Below, piece after piece: positions 1 to 13,070 of a stretch of DNA of 64,000 bases. This stretch comes from Marsupella aquatica (Eukaryota > Plantae > Marchantiophyta), in the NCBI GenBank assembly GCA_973895155.1, contig OZ316893.1, positions 27,290,210 through 27,354,209 on the forward strand, given 5' to 3'. A program made the position numbers and the translations under genes. The notes below the pieces were generated by a model. It searched no databases. It was not told the origin of the DNA and saw only the letters and a list, made by a program, of their open reading frames with translations. Numbering within the stretch: the first letter of the stretch is position 1; each line of letters opens with the position of its first letter.

Positions 1-1524
1 AAATTTGCAGCAGACATGAAAGGTGACGTAATTTCATTGTGGAAACCAATCCGTTCCTGTTTGCAGCGTGCTGTGGAATTTTGGAAGGGACCTCTAGTGG
101 GGTCTGTAATCATAGTTGAAGTATCAAATTTTCTGTTACCATACATAGAAATTATGGCCTATGGCTTATTCTACGGAGCAGGTCATGAACCATGGACTTT
201 GGTGGAAATATATTGTATCAATAGATAGACCAATGAGATAAACTCTTACTTTTTGTGATACAACTTAATAAAATGTCACACCTCAGGAATTGAAAGTGAA
301 AGAAATCTGGCCCGGTCTGATGCAAAAATGTGATGGCCCAAACTGGTGGGCTGGAAAACTATGTGAGACAGTTTGAGGAGATGGGAAGGAAATCAAATTC
401 TCAACATGACCTGAAAAACGTTTTATGAGGCAAGATGCCCCGGGAAATGGTATTTTGTATCGAAACAGGCCCAGGAACAGGCCGAAAACACATGGTTAGG
501 AAAGATATCAGCAAAACACCAAAGTAGGTTGAGAAAAGTTTTTGGCTGGGAAAATTTGGAAGCAAGTTAAATAACCTTCTACCACGAAAATAGCAAACCA
601 AGTTACAACTACAATAATAAAACCTAGCTTGGACATCAAAAAGAGCAGACAGTCTAGTCTCGTCTGTTAGATATTGCTCTAGTCTTGTGACTCATGAGCT
701 AACTACAGTTAGGCTAACTCGGGTTAAGACTTAGCTAAAGTTAGCGATAATGCTATTGTGTATATAGCCAGGGCTGATGCCAGACCCTGGTGGAACTTAG
801 GCTCATTGTTACGGAGCTAGTTGAGAGATAGGGAGAGCTTGTGCTGTGGATGCTTGGTATGACCGGTCGGCCTAGAGTGCAGTAAAGCTCTTGTGTGTTC
901 CCGTGGACGTAGCCTCATGTGGAGGTGAACCACGTATCTCTCTGTGTCGACTATTGTGCGTTGGATGGTTCATGGGCTTGCCGTTGCGAATGTCGTCTAT
1001 GCTCAACATCGTCCAACGCACCCCAGCCTTCTGCATAGTTGACCATCTGCCCATAGGTGGTACATTGGACTGTACACATGACCATTGTATTGGGATGGAC
1101 TGTCTACATTACTACAATAGCTATGCACACTAGATTATACAAGTGTCAATCATCCTTAACGCCCTTCCGGATTTTTCTCTTTGTAAGTGTTAGTGCTTTT
1201 CTCGAGAAGAATGCTCAGTCCAGATTCAGATTGGCGGATTGTATGAAACTTATCCTGAAGCCTTGCTACAAGGGCATCACCAGCAAAAATTCCCTCAAAC
1301 TAGTGCTTAAGCTCTCATTTTTCCAGGGCATTAGGGCATCCCTAATACAGATGATGGCTTTTGGCCATAAACTAATGGCAATAGCTTTTTCACAGGGTTA
1401 TGTGAAAGTTGGTTTTTTTTCCACTAGCCTCAACAAAGACTTATGGTCACATATGACCAATCTTTATGGATCATGAAAAATTATGGATATAACTTTACTA
1501 TTAGATTAAGGTCCATCACATAGT

Positions 1525-2190
1525 GAGATTTGAGACCCCCTATTAACCCCACAATGCCCTGTGAACAATCATTACTATATCAACAAATGGTACTATATAC
1601 AAGAGCACCTTGTCGGGCATTATGTGGTCCATTAAACAATATTGAGGTTTGAGACCCCCTATTAACCCAACAATGGCCTGTGAACAATAGTTACTATATC
1701 AACAAAAGGTACTATATAAGAAAGCACCTTGTGGGGCATAATGAGATCCATCAAATATTGAGGTTTGAGACCCCCTATTAACCCCACAACGCCCTGTAAA
1801 CAATTTTACAATATCAACAAACTATACTACAAATGAAAGCGCAGGGCATTATGAGGTCCATCAAATATTGAGGTTTTTAAAACCCATATTAACCCTACAA
1901 TGCCCTATAAACAATCATCAGTACATGAACAAACTATACTACAAATGAAAGCGCGGGGCATTATGAGGTCCATCAAATATTAAGGTTTGAGACCCCCTAT
2001 TAACCCCACAATGCCCTATAAGCAGTCGTTAGTACATCAACAAACGGTGTTATATACGAAAGCACCCTCGTGGGGCAGTATGAAGTTTGAGACCTCCTAT
2101 TAACCCCACAATGCCCTGCAAACAATCGTTGCTATTTCAAACAAACGGTACTATATACGAAAGCAGCTTGTGGGGCATTATGGCCCCACA
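1525..2190. repeat. Tandem array of ~6 diverged 100-120 bp units, each with an internal inverted repeat
   Basis: Unit core GAGACCCCCTATTAACCCCACAATGCCCT...GGGCATTATG recurs at ~1532, 1651, 1767, 1879, 1989 and 2089. CCCACAATGCCC can pair with GGGCATTATG(T)GG within a unit. Confidence 0.85.
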
Positions 2191-3464
2191 ATGCGCGCAG
2201 GACTTTAGCATGATTATGCGAAAAGCACCCGAAGGAATGCAGAGCTTTATTTTTGCGCGTGCTGGTGCGTTCGAGTGAAAACAGAGAGCAGAGCAGAGGT
2301 CGCGCAGAGCAGAGGTCGCGCAGCAGGGGAGGACGGTAGTGGCTGGCAAGCAACGGGAAACACGGCAGCTCCTTCGCCGCTCCTACTAGTGTGCTGGGAA
2401 TTGGACACCGCGATGCAGTTCGCGAATGAGGGGTTTTTTTTTGATGCTTGATTGACTGTCGAACGAGAACGAGAACGAGAGCGAGATTGAGGTCTGTCGA
2501 CTCGGATGTGGGAAGATCTTCGGTGTCTGGCGTCGGTGTGTTAGGTGGAAGAAGGCGTGCTGTGTGGGGCGAAAGCTTCGTGGAGCTGCGAGGTGGAGGA
2601 GAGTCTTGAATCGGTTCCGGTTGAAGTGAGGGAGTCAGATGAGGTCGATGTGATCTGATGTGAAATTTACCACATTTTGCGATTGTCCGAACTCCGTTAA
2701 TTGGTACTGCCTGTGGAAGAATGGGCGGAGGATTGGACTCGATGAAGGCTCGCCGTGGTGGGAATGAAGGATCGCTCCTCAAGTAGGGCGGAGGAGGCGT
2801 GGAGGACGAGGTTTGTGGAGGAGACTTCAAGTGGTTACGACAAGATTCTTGCGGCAGGGTGGAATGAGGATGATTCGGCTCCATTGATCTGGTGTCTTGC
2901 TCTCTTGGTCAACCCTTTCAATGCAGATCTGGGATGTCATCGACGGAACAGCGCAGGAGACATAGACTCATAGGTAGATATCTGGGCAGTCAAGGGCGGT
3001 CAGACGACCGGTGTGGAGTGTGCACGGGAAACTTGAATCCTGTGGAGAGCATGCGGTAATTGAGTCGTGCGTACCCTCGTGTAGGCCAACCGAAGTTGGG
3101 TAGTCATTTCCGGTGGGAATCCAGCGGGCGGTTTTGTTAACACTCGTAAATGCGGTGAATTTGACCTGAACTGATGAGGGAGTAGAAGGCGGTCAAGCGT
3201 GATGGGATGAGGGACTATCGATTCACCGAGACTGTCCGAAATGCGTGAAGATGGAAATGGAGGGTTTTGCAACGCCGTGGAGGCAGATTTGGCCAACGCG
3301 GATTTCATAGTTAAGCAGGCGACCGTAGAGCTAGGGTGGCACGGGGGAGCTGCATGGGGCAAGGTGGCCAAGGGATTACCACCAGCACCTACTCTTCTAG
3401 ATTCAGTATTTCGGCCTCGGCCCGTGATAACTGTGTAGGTGAATTCTTCGCTTCACGCCGAAGC

Positions 3465-5911
3465 ATGGCCAGCGGACACTCTCGTTCTTCTAGCTGCGAT
3501 TCGTCGAGCGCCTCATCTAGCAGTGCAGGTTACATCGAGCACCCTATCTCACGCTTCGACACTTTGGCAGGAGTGGCAATCAAATATGGTGTAGAGGTAA
3601 CTTCTTTCTCGCTTCGTGTGACCTCCTTGCCGTCCGGCTGTCCCCTTTGTTCAGGGAGGAGGTTGCTGCTCTCGACTTTGACCTCGGGATTCCCAAATAC
3701 CTCCTACATCGCCCTGACGCCAGCAAACCTTAAGTTGCAATCTGATTCATGGGTCCATTCTACCGGCTATGTTGTCCAAGAGGAAGACTGAAAACATGAG
3801 TTGAGCAGGAACGGCAAATTCCTGATCAATGTTCAGACTGCTACTATGTACAGTTATTTGCTTTGTAAGTCGGTTGTACCTTCCCACTTAGTTGTAGCCA
3901 CGGGGACATCCTACAACGGTGACGCACAGCCACACATTGCTTTGGAGAAGATTGGCTCGGATATGATTATGGTTTTAACACACGGTAGGGTTATGCGATG
4001 TTCACGATGGTAGTGAACCCGTGTTATCAGGTCTTAATGTCGAAAAAGTAGCAAGTTATTCTGGTTTTTCGATGTTCAAGGTGGGGCTACTCGGTTTGTG
4101 GAGATTGCCATGACGGTACTCTTGGAGATTGTGATTGACTGATTTGCGTCCAAGCTCACTTAATTATTCAGCGATGTTTTCGTCTACAGGTTGGGGATAT
4201 CAAACGAATGAATGGACTAGTGACAGATTTGCAGATGTTTGCCTTGAAGACTTTAAAAATTCCGCTTCCGGGGAGACATGTACCAACTTCGACCCAATGC
4301 AGTTCAGGGTGAGTTTATAGAAATTGTTGGAACCTTTTTTATTGGTAAATTTCAATGATGCGTGGGGGAATCGCACTAAATTGATGTTCTCAGGCCTAAA
4401 TCTTATCAACCATTTACCAGAGTCGCAAAAACTGAAGACGATTTAGTTAATATTTTTCGAACGAACTAATACAGAGACCTCCTAACAAACAGTTCAAGGC
4501 GGAATCGAACGACCTCCTTCCTGGATGAAATTTGGTGAAAAATTGCAATGGTAGGCATCCCGAGCAGGAAGCCAGTTTGTCAGTTATCGCATATGAGCAA
4601 AAACTTAAAAGTACTACACACAAAATCCGTTCAGTAGTCAGTAATCAGTAGTACTTTAGTTTCCACATAGTTTCCTCGGTTGTTCAATCATCTTTCGATG
4701 GAGGCTTCGTAAAGCTTAAGAAATGTAAATATTTTCTTATTTTACCCATAGATGGTTGGGAGTAGCTGTTAACTTCCGCACGTTCATGAAGCAATTGTCG
4801 CTTCAATTTATGCTATCAATTTATGCTACTTAACTGTAAATCTGAGGGAGAAGTTGGTCTGATCTGAAAATTCATGTCTCTGGTCCTCAGTCCTTCCTGG
4901 TGGTTTATTTCTGAATGTCCGTCGCTTAACTGTTGTTGTTATCACAGTTTTTCAGGTAAACTGCCACGACATGGCAGATACCCAAATTTAGATATGACAC
5001 AAATTTTGGAAGATTCTGGTACTAAACCAGAGAAGAGACCAGTAACTTCAGCTATGGGTCTCTTGCGAGGTTATTACGGGCTATCATCAGGAGCAAGACA
5101 AGGGGCTGAAGGGACAGAGATGGCCGTCTATAAATCAGATACTGACTACCATTCAGAAGATGAGCCTGCATCACCTTTCTCACCTTTTTCACCCCAAGAG
5201 ACGGCTGATGTTAGACCCCGGAATGAAAGTTCATCGGATTCAGGAGGGCAGTTTTTGGATTCCTATGGCAACCAGTTAGAGCTGCATCCTGGTGCAGGAA
5301 AAGGCAAGGCTAGTGCTTCATTTGAGCCCTTCGCAAGACCTAACAGAGGGATGGTATTAAAATTAGAGCCTGCTGGAGAATCCGGCGGTTTAGGTGAGAT
5401 TGAAAGGGCGAATGACCGGTTGTTCAGAAGACGAGCTAAAGGGGAGAGTACTGGATCTGTACCTGACTTTCAATCTGAAATATTTGCGGCTCCAGAAGAA
5501 GACGGCAATGATCGTAGTATTAATGTTCCGCTTGGGAAGAGCTCTGTTTTAAGGCAGAAAATTCCACCTTCCCTTGAGCCAGACTCGGGCAGTTTGTCAA
5601 GGCCTGTTGTAAATAGTTCTCTTAATGGCTGGCACACAAGTATTGATAGTAGTTCAGGGCTTGCTGGAAGTGCAGTGAGGGCGCTGAGTACGTCATTACT
5701 TGGCGGGAAGGCTGTTGAAGGTCTAATCTCGAAGATAAGGCGATCAGCAAGTAATTCAACTTTACACGAGGAGAGGAGATCTTACAAAGCAGACTCGTCT
5801 GGAACACTCCTGGTGAGTCAAGGAAGTTCACAAAGTGGAGTCATATCTAGTGTGCTGGAAGGGTTCCCAAAGACCGGTGCAATGCGCCGAAATAAGGCAG
5901 CTTTAGATTAA
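3465..5911 (+). CDS. LysM-domain protein (plant At5g08200/At5g23130-like); exons 3465-3596, 4190-4308, 4948-5911
   Basis: GT-AG junctions join in phase (0, then 2). They give YIEHPISRFDTLAGVAIKYGVE|VGDIKRMNGLVTDLQMFALKTLKIPLPGRH (LysM motif) and the C-terminus RRNKAALD typical of this family. Confidence 0.9.
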
Positions 5912-8900
5912 CGGACTTCGTGAATTTGTCTTCACTCAGTAGCACCATGATTCACCGCTAGCACAATTATATGCCAACCTCTAATTTAAGTCCACCGATC
6001 GAAATTTCAATAGACGTCCACGGAGCATTGTCCGTGCCCAGCAGGCTGATTGCCGGTAATGTTGCCTAGCTACTCAGCAGCTGTATTATTCCCTGCGGGG
6101 AAGGGGAGCCACCCCACAATTTATTTATCTATATTATCTTAATAGAAAAAGTACAACATTCATTGGTATAAATGGTTTCTTTGGATCCTTTTTGTAGATC
6201 TCTTGGTATTCACAAGTTTGTGATACTAATAGTACGAAACCTTCCTTTTAGGTTTATCATTCGTTTTTAAACATCTAATTACTGGCACCTCTGACCTGCA
6301 ACAATGAGGGTCTAATGTCAGCTGTCACATCATGTAAACGATCCTTCTCTGCTGTGGGCGGGATCCTTTTTACGTTTCTGAAATGAGCTCTTCAAATGTT
6401 CTGGAGTTCTACTTCAAATATTTTTCAGTGCGACATATTAGCTGATTTTAAAATCAGCGACCTCCATATGTTGAGCTTCAAGCCGTGATCCTAGCTTTCC
6501 TTGCTTTCAATTTGGGAGGGTAAGATGGACAGAAAAAGCTTTTGTTCCCTTGATAAAAGATGTAATGGACTTGCTTGAGCAATGTTCTGAATTGCACATG
6601 CGCTATGATCTGGGATGAATTGTGTTAAGCGGATGCTTCCCTAGATTACAATTTGTTCTTGCCGTGCTTATAGAAGCTGCAGATCATAAAGAAAGAGTTG
6701 AATGATATTAAGATTGTCGTTGTCATTTGTAACGATTTACATGTGAGAGTAGCATAAAAAAACTCGTTTATTTCACATGATGCAATTTATTTGATGCAGC
6801 TGGGATGTATTGCAACTGCAGGCTTTCATGTCTCCAACAGTTCATGGTGGGAAGAGTGAAAGGCGAAAAAGGGAAGTTTAGTTGTGAGGGATTTGATGAG
6901 AAGTAGACATTAGTTGAAGCTTTCCTGAAATTTTATGTGCCAACAGACTATGGCCCACTGCATACCCTCTGCAGTGGGTGTTTTGTCGGAGCAACATGTC
7001 TGAAAGGGATCATATATTATACATCCGAGTCTTGAAGTATGTACATATTTGAGCTTGGCTAGTAGAGATCCTGCTGCGAAGCTGTTCAGGACTCTTATAA
7101 CGACTTGCCAGTAGTGATGCACTATACCCACAATGGGTTGAACCGATTTTGCAGTTTGGCGCTTTTAGAAGTGCGCACACCCATAGCAAATTTTGTATTG
7201 TACACGCGATTATAAACATGATAGTTCTTGTTGGTGTCCAATTAATGGTGTCTCGTTGTGAGAAAGCGTGGAAGGTCATACGTGCTGAAGGGCAACCTGT
7301 ATGCCAGAGAAATTTATGATCTCTCGCGAGAATTAGGTCTATGGCATTCATGACTTCCCAAGTCTGGTCGAGGAGTCCGGTTCTACCTGTTCTCATTGCT
7401 TGTTTGTCCTATTCCTATCATTTAGGTTATAATGATCGTTCTTAGCCGATTATTGAAAGGCATTACTTCTGGACATGTTCCTCTTTCGTTTTGTGATGCT
7501 AAGAACTAGAAGTTCAATGACAAGAACTTAAACCTCATACTGTCTTTCAGAGTATCTCACATCCTACTGTACATCGTATTTAAATGTTGCCCTGATCAGC
7601 TTCAGCAGCAGAAAGTCGTGTGCAGACTAATATGAAGCTACCGTTGCATTTGTTTCATGAAGTCTTCTCTAACCCAGTTCGAAACAAACTTAATGAGGAG
7701 TAGAACTTGCATTGAGAACCAGCACGCATGCTTCTCTTCCATGGCTTTTTTGTCGTGGAAGTGAGTTTACGATGACAAATTACGGTCCTGTTATTAAGTT
7801 GGTCCAGAGGCTTTGTTCAACATTTGATTATATTCTGATTCTGGAGTGGCGTTTGTCTTGTAGAAAAGCTGTCATTCTTAGCGAGAGACGGTTGTGGACC
7901 AGTGGCATTCTCCTGGCACCCTTAACACAAATCTGTCGCAGAAAAAAACGATTTTACTGAAACTGGTCTGAAAACAGTGCTTGTTAAGAAGACCTATTCT
8001 GTCTCCAATTCGTTCTTCCATCAACAACCGAAGCTCGTTATATTTCAGAAGTCTTAATTAATTGGCAAGCTGGACAATCCACATAGCTGCGGAGCAATGA
8101 AGCTCAAGCAGGTGCAGTCACACCACACTGATCGTATATGGCCTCACTGACGTCTAAGCCTAAACATCCAACAGTCACTTTCAGTACTAGTTTTATCTTC
8201 CAGTCCCTCTCTGATATGGCCTGCATCCACTTTAATACACAGTTCGTACCACTTGGTGCAAAAATTAACTGTTTTGCAAAGAACGAAGTCTTAGAATGAC
8301 ATTCGATCTTTATTTATGCCACAATCCCATTTTAATACACAGTTCGGACATTGGTACGAAGAAGCTAGAGCTCTTGTGGAGAAACTAATTGTTTCGCAAG
8401 ATAAAACGACTTAGAAAGATATTCTGTCTTATTCATGCCACAAACTTCAGAATCTCAAGGAAATTAGAACACTGGTCGCATACTCTGCTGAGACATCGCG
8501 GAAGAAGGAGAAGAATACCCATGATTCCTCCGTCCCAAATTTCTGGCGGACGAGACATTAGCTGCTCACAAAGTGAATAGTATAAACTCAGAAGGGGATG
8601 TAAGAGGAAATTGTCGGGATGCTTTCAGTTCTGAAACAGAACTTGAATGTTTCCAAAATTAAAAGTGAGGGTTCTTGACAATCCTGACCGCCAGAGAATT
8701 GATCTTTCATTGGTATCCGTTGAAAACTGCCTGTTCGATATCATTTTGTCGTCTGACTTGTACTCTACTCTCGCTCAGAGGAACCATAATTACAGACCTT
8801 TCAATTTGGAGATTTCCAATCTGTATGGAACTTTAGAGACTTTCTGAGTTTCAATTCTTCAAAATGGTTCAATCCCTTCGAGAGGTAGCAATGCACCTTC

Positions 8901-11444
8901 TCAAGGCTTGCTATCTAGATGTAGCCGTCATAAATTTAGTCTGTGTCCTACATGTTGGCAGTTAGTACCCATAATACACTACACAACACTTCCAAAGAGC
9001 ACAAAGGTCCAAACTGGGAGACAAGATAATCTCTTGTTTTGGGTGAACTTTATAGTGATGGGGAGCAAAAAATTGCCTAGAATGTATTGTCCGAAATCAT
9101 ATTGTACAACTACTGTCAAAATGGTATTCTTCGGCCTACTGTGACAGCTTAGGTTTGGTCACAGGCTTGGTACCTTTAATTATTTTGGATCTTTTTACCA
9201 GAGTTTTCATTTTCCCGCCCAGTAGGGTAGAAGGTTTTAGGTTTTCGCTTTCTGTTGTGAGGTGCTCTAGTGTTTGGGGGCTCTCTGGTTTTTTGGCTCT
9301 TGGTCTTAGTGTGTTTTCCCTTTGTGTGATCCGGTTAAGAGCCTTTGGGATAGTTTTGCAATTTTCCAGAGACCGTTTCCAGCTTTCCCCTCAGTCTCGT
9401 TTTACATGGTTTGTATTCTCTCTATTTCAGTACTTTCTTTCTACTCATATTATACGTATTTGAATCATTGCATAGAGCTGGGCTGTAGAACCGTGGGCAT
9501 GATTTTGTTGGATTGTCATTTTAACAACACTCTTTATCTGATTTTGTGTGGCAGACAATATCTGATCACCCTCCATAAGGTGCTCCTCACCCAATATAGC
9601 CAGGGCCATGCTAGCAATGAGCGCATAATTACTTTGGTAGCAGCTATATACAGACAGTCATTTTTTTTAAAGATCTTTGCAATCACTTTGGTCCACTCGT
9701 ATAATGTAGAACTACAAAGGAACAAAAACATCGGACCTGTAGACGGCCAATATCCAGTAAAGGGGGAAACAAATGACAAAATACGGAAAAACTAAGAGCC
9801 AAGAAGGCAAAGGCCCAAAAAGCTATTAAAAAACTAATCTAGGAAGTAGCTACCTGTAGCTGGTGACTCTCTCCTGCCTGGAAGGTTTTTTTATAATACT
9901 TTATATGAACCATAGGGTTTCTGTGATCTTACGAGAAAGCGTAGGTCAGGCATTTCACTACTTCACGGATCTTGCCTGGAAGGGGAATTTTTTCTATGTA
10001 CCTTTTGCTGGAGGACTAATGTGGTTTCTAGAACGAAATGGCTGCTTTGGCCCCTCTGATGTCGTGGACCTTCTGGAGCACCCTCCTTGTGTCAGTCAAT
10101 GGGACTGAGAAGAGGAGCAGTTTCAGGTCCTTCTACAGGAGGAGTTACGGACCCGTCCTTGATGCATTATGAGGACTGTTGGTCACAGTGCCAAAAAGAC
10201 AAAAATGCCCAAGGACGAGACAAGATTTCAGATGCAAAAATTGACCCAAGAAAGGGAGGGAGAAAGGAAAGGGCCAGTGTTTTTTTTAGTGGCGAAAATT
10301 AGCTAGATTTCACCTCCCCAAAAATCCTTGGCCACTTTTGGCGAAAATTGACTACTATTTTGTTAGTTCATTAGCCAGTGTTTCACCTAATCCCAGGCCC
10401 CATTAGTCAAAATCTAACGGTCAGCCTTAAATCTAGGGAGATCTGATGGTCAGTAAAATAATTGAATAAGGAATCTTTTGAGCATCTTCTCCCTCGCACA
10501 CTTTATATTCACCAGGTCACTCTAGCTAAAAAGTGAAATACTTAAAAAATAGGGCTGGAAAGGGCCCCTCAAGACCGGGAGAGACCCCACAAGCCAAGGA
10601 GCCCATACTAGGAATCATAATAGTAATCCTAATAGACTCTTTACGTACCATAATTAATATTGGTAGCCCTCCATAGAAAATAACACTAAGTATTGTGATG
10701 GTTATCTAAACCTGCACCCAACAAGAAACAAAATATATATATAAATCGAAGAATGCCCTGGAGCAGGTCCGCTTTTGTAGATTGCAGCCAAAATACGACG
10801 AGGACGAGGTAACATGACCCCCGGCCCCCGCCGGACCCCCGGCCGTTTGACCGCAGACATTAATTCCAAAGTATTCAACAGCTTTAAATCATGACATACC
10901 AGTCAGCGATGGCGACGGGCTGGCAGCAAAACTAAGCAAGACTTCTCGTTGCTAGTACATGCACTCCGCAGCGAATTTCCTTTCTCGAGAGTCCACTTGA
11001 GAATGACCGAGCTGACTGACTCGGACGACGAACCAGTGCAAATTTACTCGACGCTGGGAAGGATGCAAACTCTGAGTCAATGGATGAATGACGTTCGCAG
11101 ACGTCGAATTATCAAACGGGTTGATCGACGTAGCTTCAGAGATGTGCGGGTCTAGAATTCCAATATTTTAGGAGCTGCAGCCATTTGCTTTGGACTTAAC
11201 AACGGTTGACACACTGCATTCTGCGCGCGGGTGGCCCCACCCGGTCTCCGGCAACTTACTAGTTGGAGCTTTCACGACACTCGGCGTACTTTGATTCTTT
11301 GAGCTTAAATTGGCGAATAAGCCTGTTGAAACGCAGACAGATTGTCGACGTTGCTTTGCTGTCTGCGTTTTTGTCCCACGAGTGTGTTCGTCTACAAAGC
11401 AATCTGATCGAGGTTTGTTGGAATATAGATTTTCCTCATCGATC

Positions 11445-13070
11445 ATGGTTGGCGTGAAGGAAGGAGAGCCCATGGCTGAGAAGTCCAAGACCGTTGTTCC
11501 TGTCATAGACTTCAGTGGGCTTGCTGATACTGCTAAACGTTCCTCCGTATGTGAGCAAGTGGCACGAGCATGTGAAACTTTCGGTTTCTTTGAGATCATC
11601 AACTCCGGGGTTCCTGGAGAAGTCTTGGACGCAGCATTTGACATCAATCGGGAGTTTTTCAATCTCCCACTGGACGAGAAAGTGGCGTTGCGCCCGGATC
11701 TCAAGGAGAAGAAGCCTCTGGTTCCTATCTTCCAGCTAGGCTACAAGCACTTCCCCGTTCTAGGCGGTGTCGAGAATCGCATGGAGGAGATGGTGTTTCG
11801 TGATTATCACTTGCATCAAGGCCCGCAGGAATATTACACCAACGGCTCGACCGGAGACATTGACCCTACGCTCAACTGGTGGCCAAGTAATCTCCATGAC
11901 TACCGACAAAAAGTAGAGCGTCTGCTACATGAGCTAGGAAAGGTTGCGGACACATTGCTGGACGTGTTCTCGGAGAGTCTTGGACTCCCTCTCACGTATC
12001 TCCGCGAAGTGCACCACAAGAATGCCAAAGTTCCCCGATATCTGAACTTCCACCACTACCCCAAAGGTGCGAAGCCTACAAATGTGGACGAGACAGGAAT
12101 CATCCCACACCGCGATTCGAGCGTTTTCACAATCGTCTCTCAGGGTTACGATACCCAGGGTCTCCGGATAAATCCATATGGAGAATGGGTCCCCGTGCAG
12201 CCGCGGAGAGGATCACTCATTATCAATGTTGGAGATATCCTTCAGGTACTTGAATCAGGCAACTCTTTATTCCGCAACGTCTGCCGGACAGTTGGCTTGG
12301 AATTTTGTCGGTTCAGAGCTCAGATTTTCTGAAATGAATATGGCCAAATGTTCAATCAGTATACCCTTGACTAAAGCAGTTTTAAGGGAGAACTGAAAGA
12401 TCTCAGAGCACTTACTAAGTCCTGTAAAAGTTTCATTTACAACTTTACCAGATTTACTTTAATTTAATTAAACCTAGTTTAATCCAGTTTAATTTAATTT
12501 TACTAGAGATGTGCATGGTCAGTCTAAACCTGCGATAACAGTAACTCATTTTGAAGAATTGGACAGTATACTTCAGAGAGCACCGGAATACTGAACTGCC
12601 AAAAATATAATAATAACAGCCTCTGCTCAGCCGATATGAACAGGAACGTACGTCGCACATAGGAAATTTCGAGGTCCAAACATGAGCGATTGAACTTCTG
12701 CACCCAATTTTGATTGACCTCCAATATGATTGCTGTAGCCTGCTTCACCAAGACTGCTGAATCGAAATGTGTCACTTGATCGATGGCACTGACAGTATCG
12801 TGACTAATGATGCAGGCTTGGACCAATGGACGATACAGAAGTATTCTTCACAGAGTGATTAGCAACAAGGAGAGCGGTCGGCACTCGTTCGCGTATTTTG
12901 TCTTTCCGGCACCAGGTCCTGAGGCAGATTACATTGTCGAGCCGATTTCCAAGCTTATCAGCGAGGTCAACCTGCCCGCCTACGAGCCGTTCTCGTATCT
13001 CGATTTCTTCAAGAACAAGATGCAGGTTAATAGCGTTTCTCTTCTCAGGACTCACGAATTTGTTACCTGA
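11445..13070 (+). CDS. 2-oxoglutarate/Fe(II)-dependent dioxygenase (DOXC class); exons 11445-12245, 12816-13070
   Basis: DIOX_N start (VPVIDFS...ACETFGFFEIINSGV), Fe ligands HRD...H (IIPHRDSS, SILHRV) and the RxS motif (RHS). The intron falls at the usual GDILQ|AWTNG position, with a CTAAT branch point. Confidence 0.93.

Noticed and set aside
1525-2190. CRISPR-like array
   Set aside because: The whole unit is repeated with no unique spacers, there are no cas genes, and the context is eukaryotic.
2132-3371. Minus-strand ORFs of 250 and 123 aa
   Set aside because: Pro/Ser-rich antisense frames of the probable LysM 5' UTR and intron, with no domain.
9150-10300. Possible LINE 3' remnants and short ORFs
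   Set aside because: The composition is suggestive, but I could not verify any RT motif or TSD.
11310-11444. Longer N-terminus of the dioxygenase from the ORF track
   Set aside because: It begins at a non-ATG codon; the first ATG at 11445 sits just before the DIOX_N domain.
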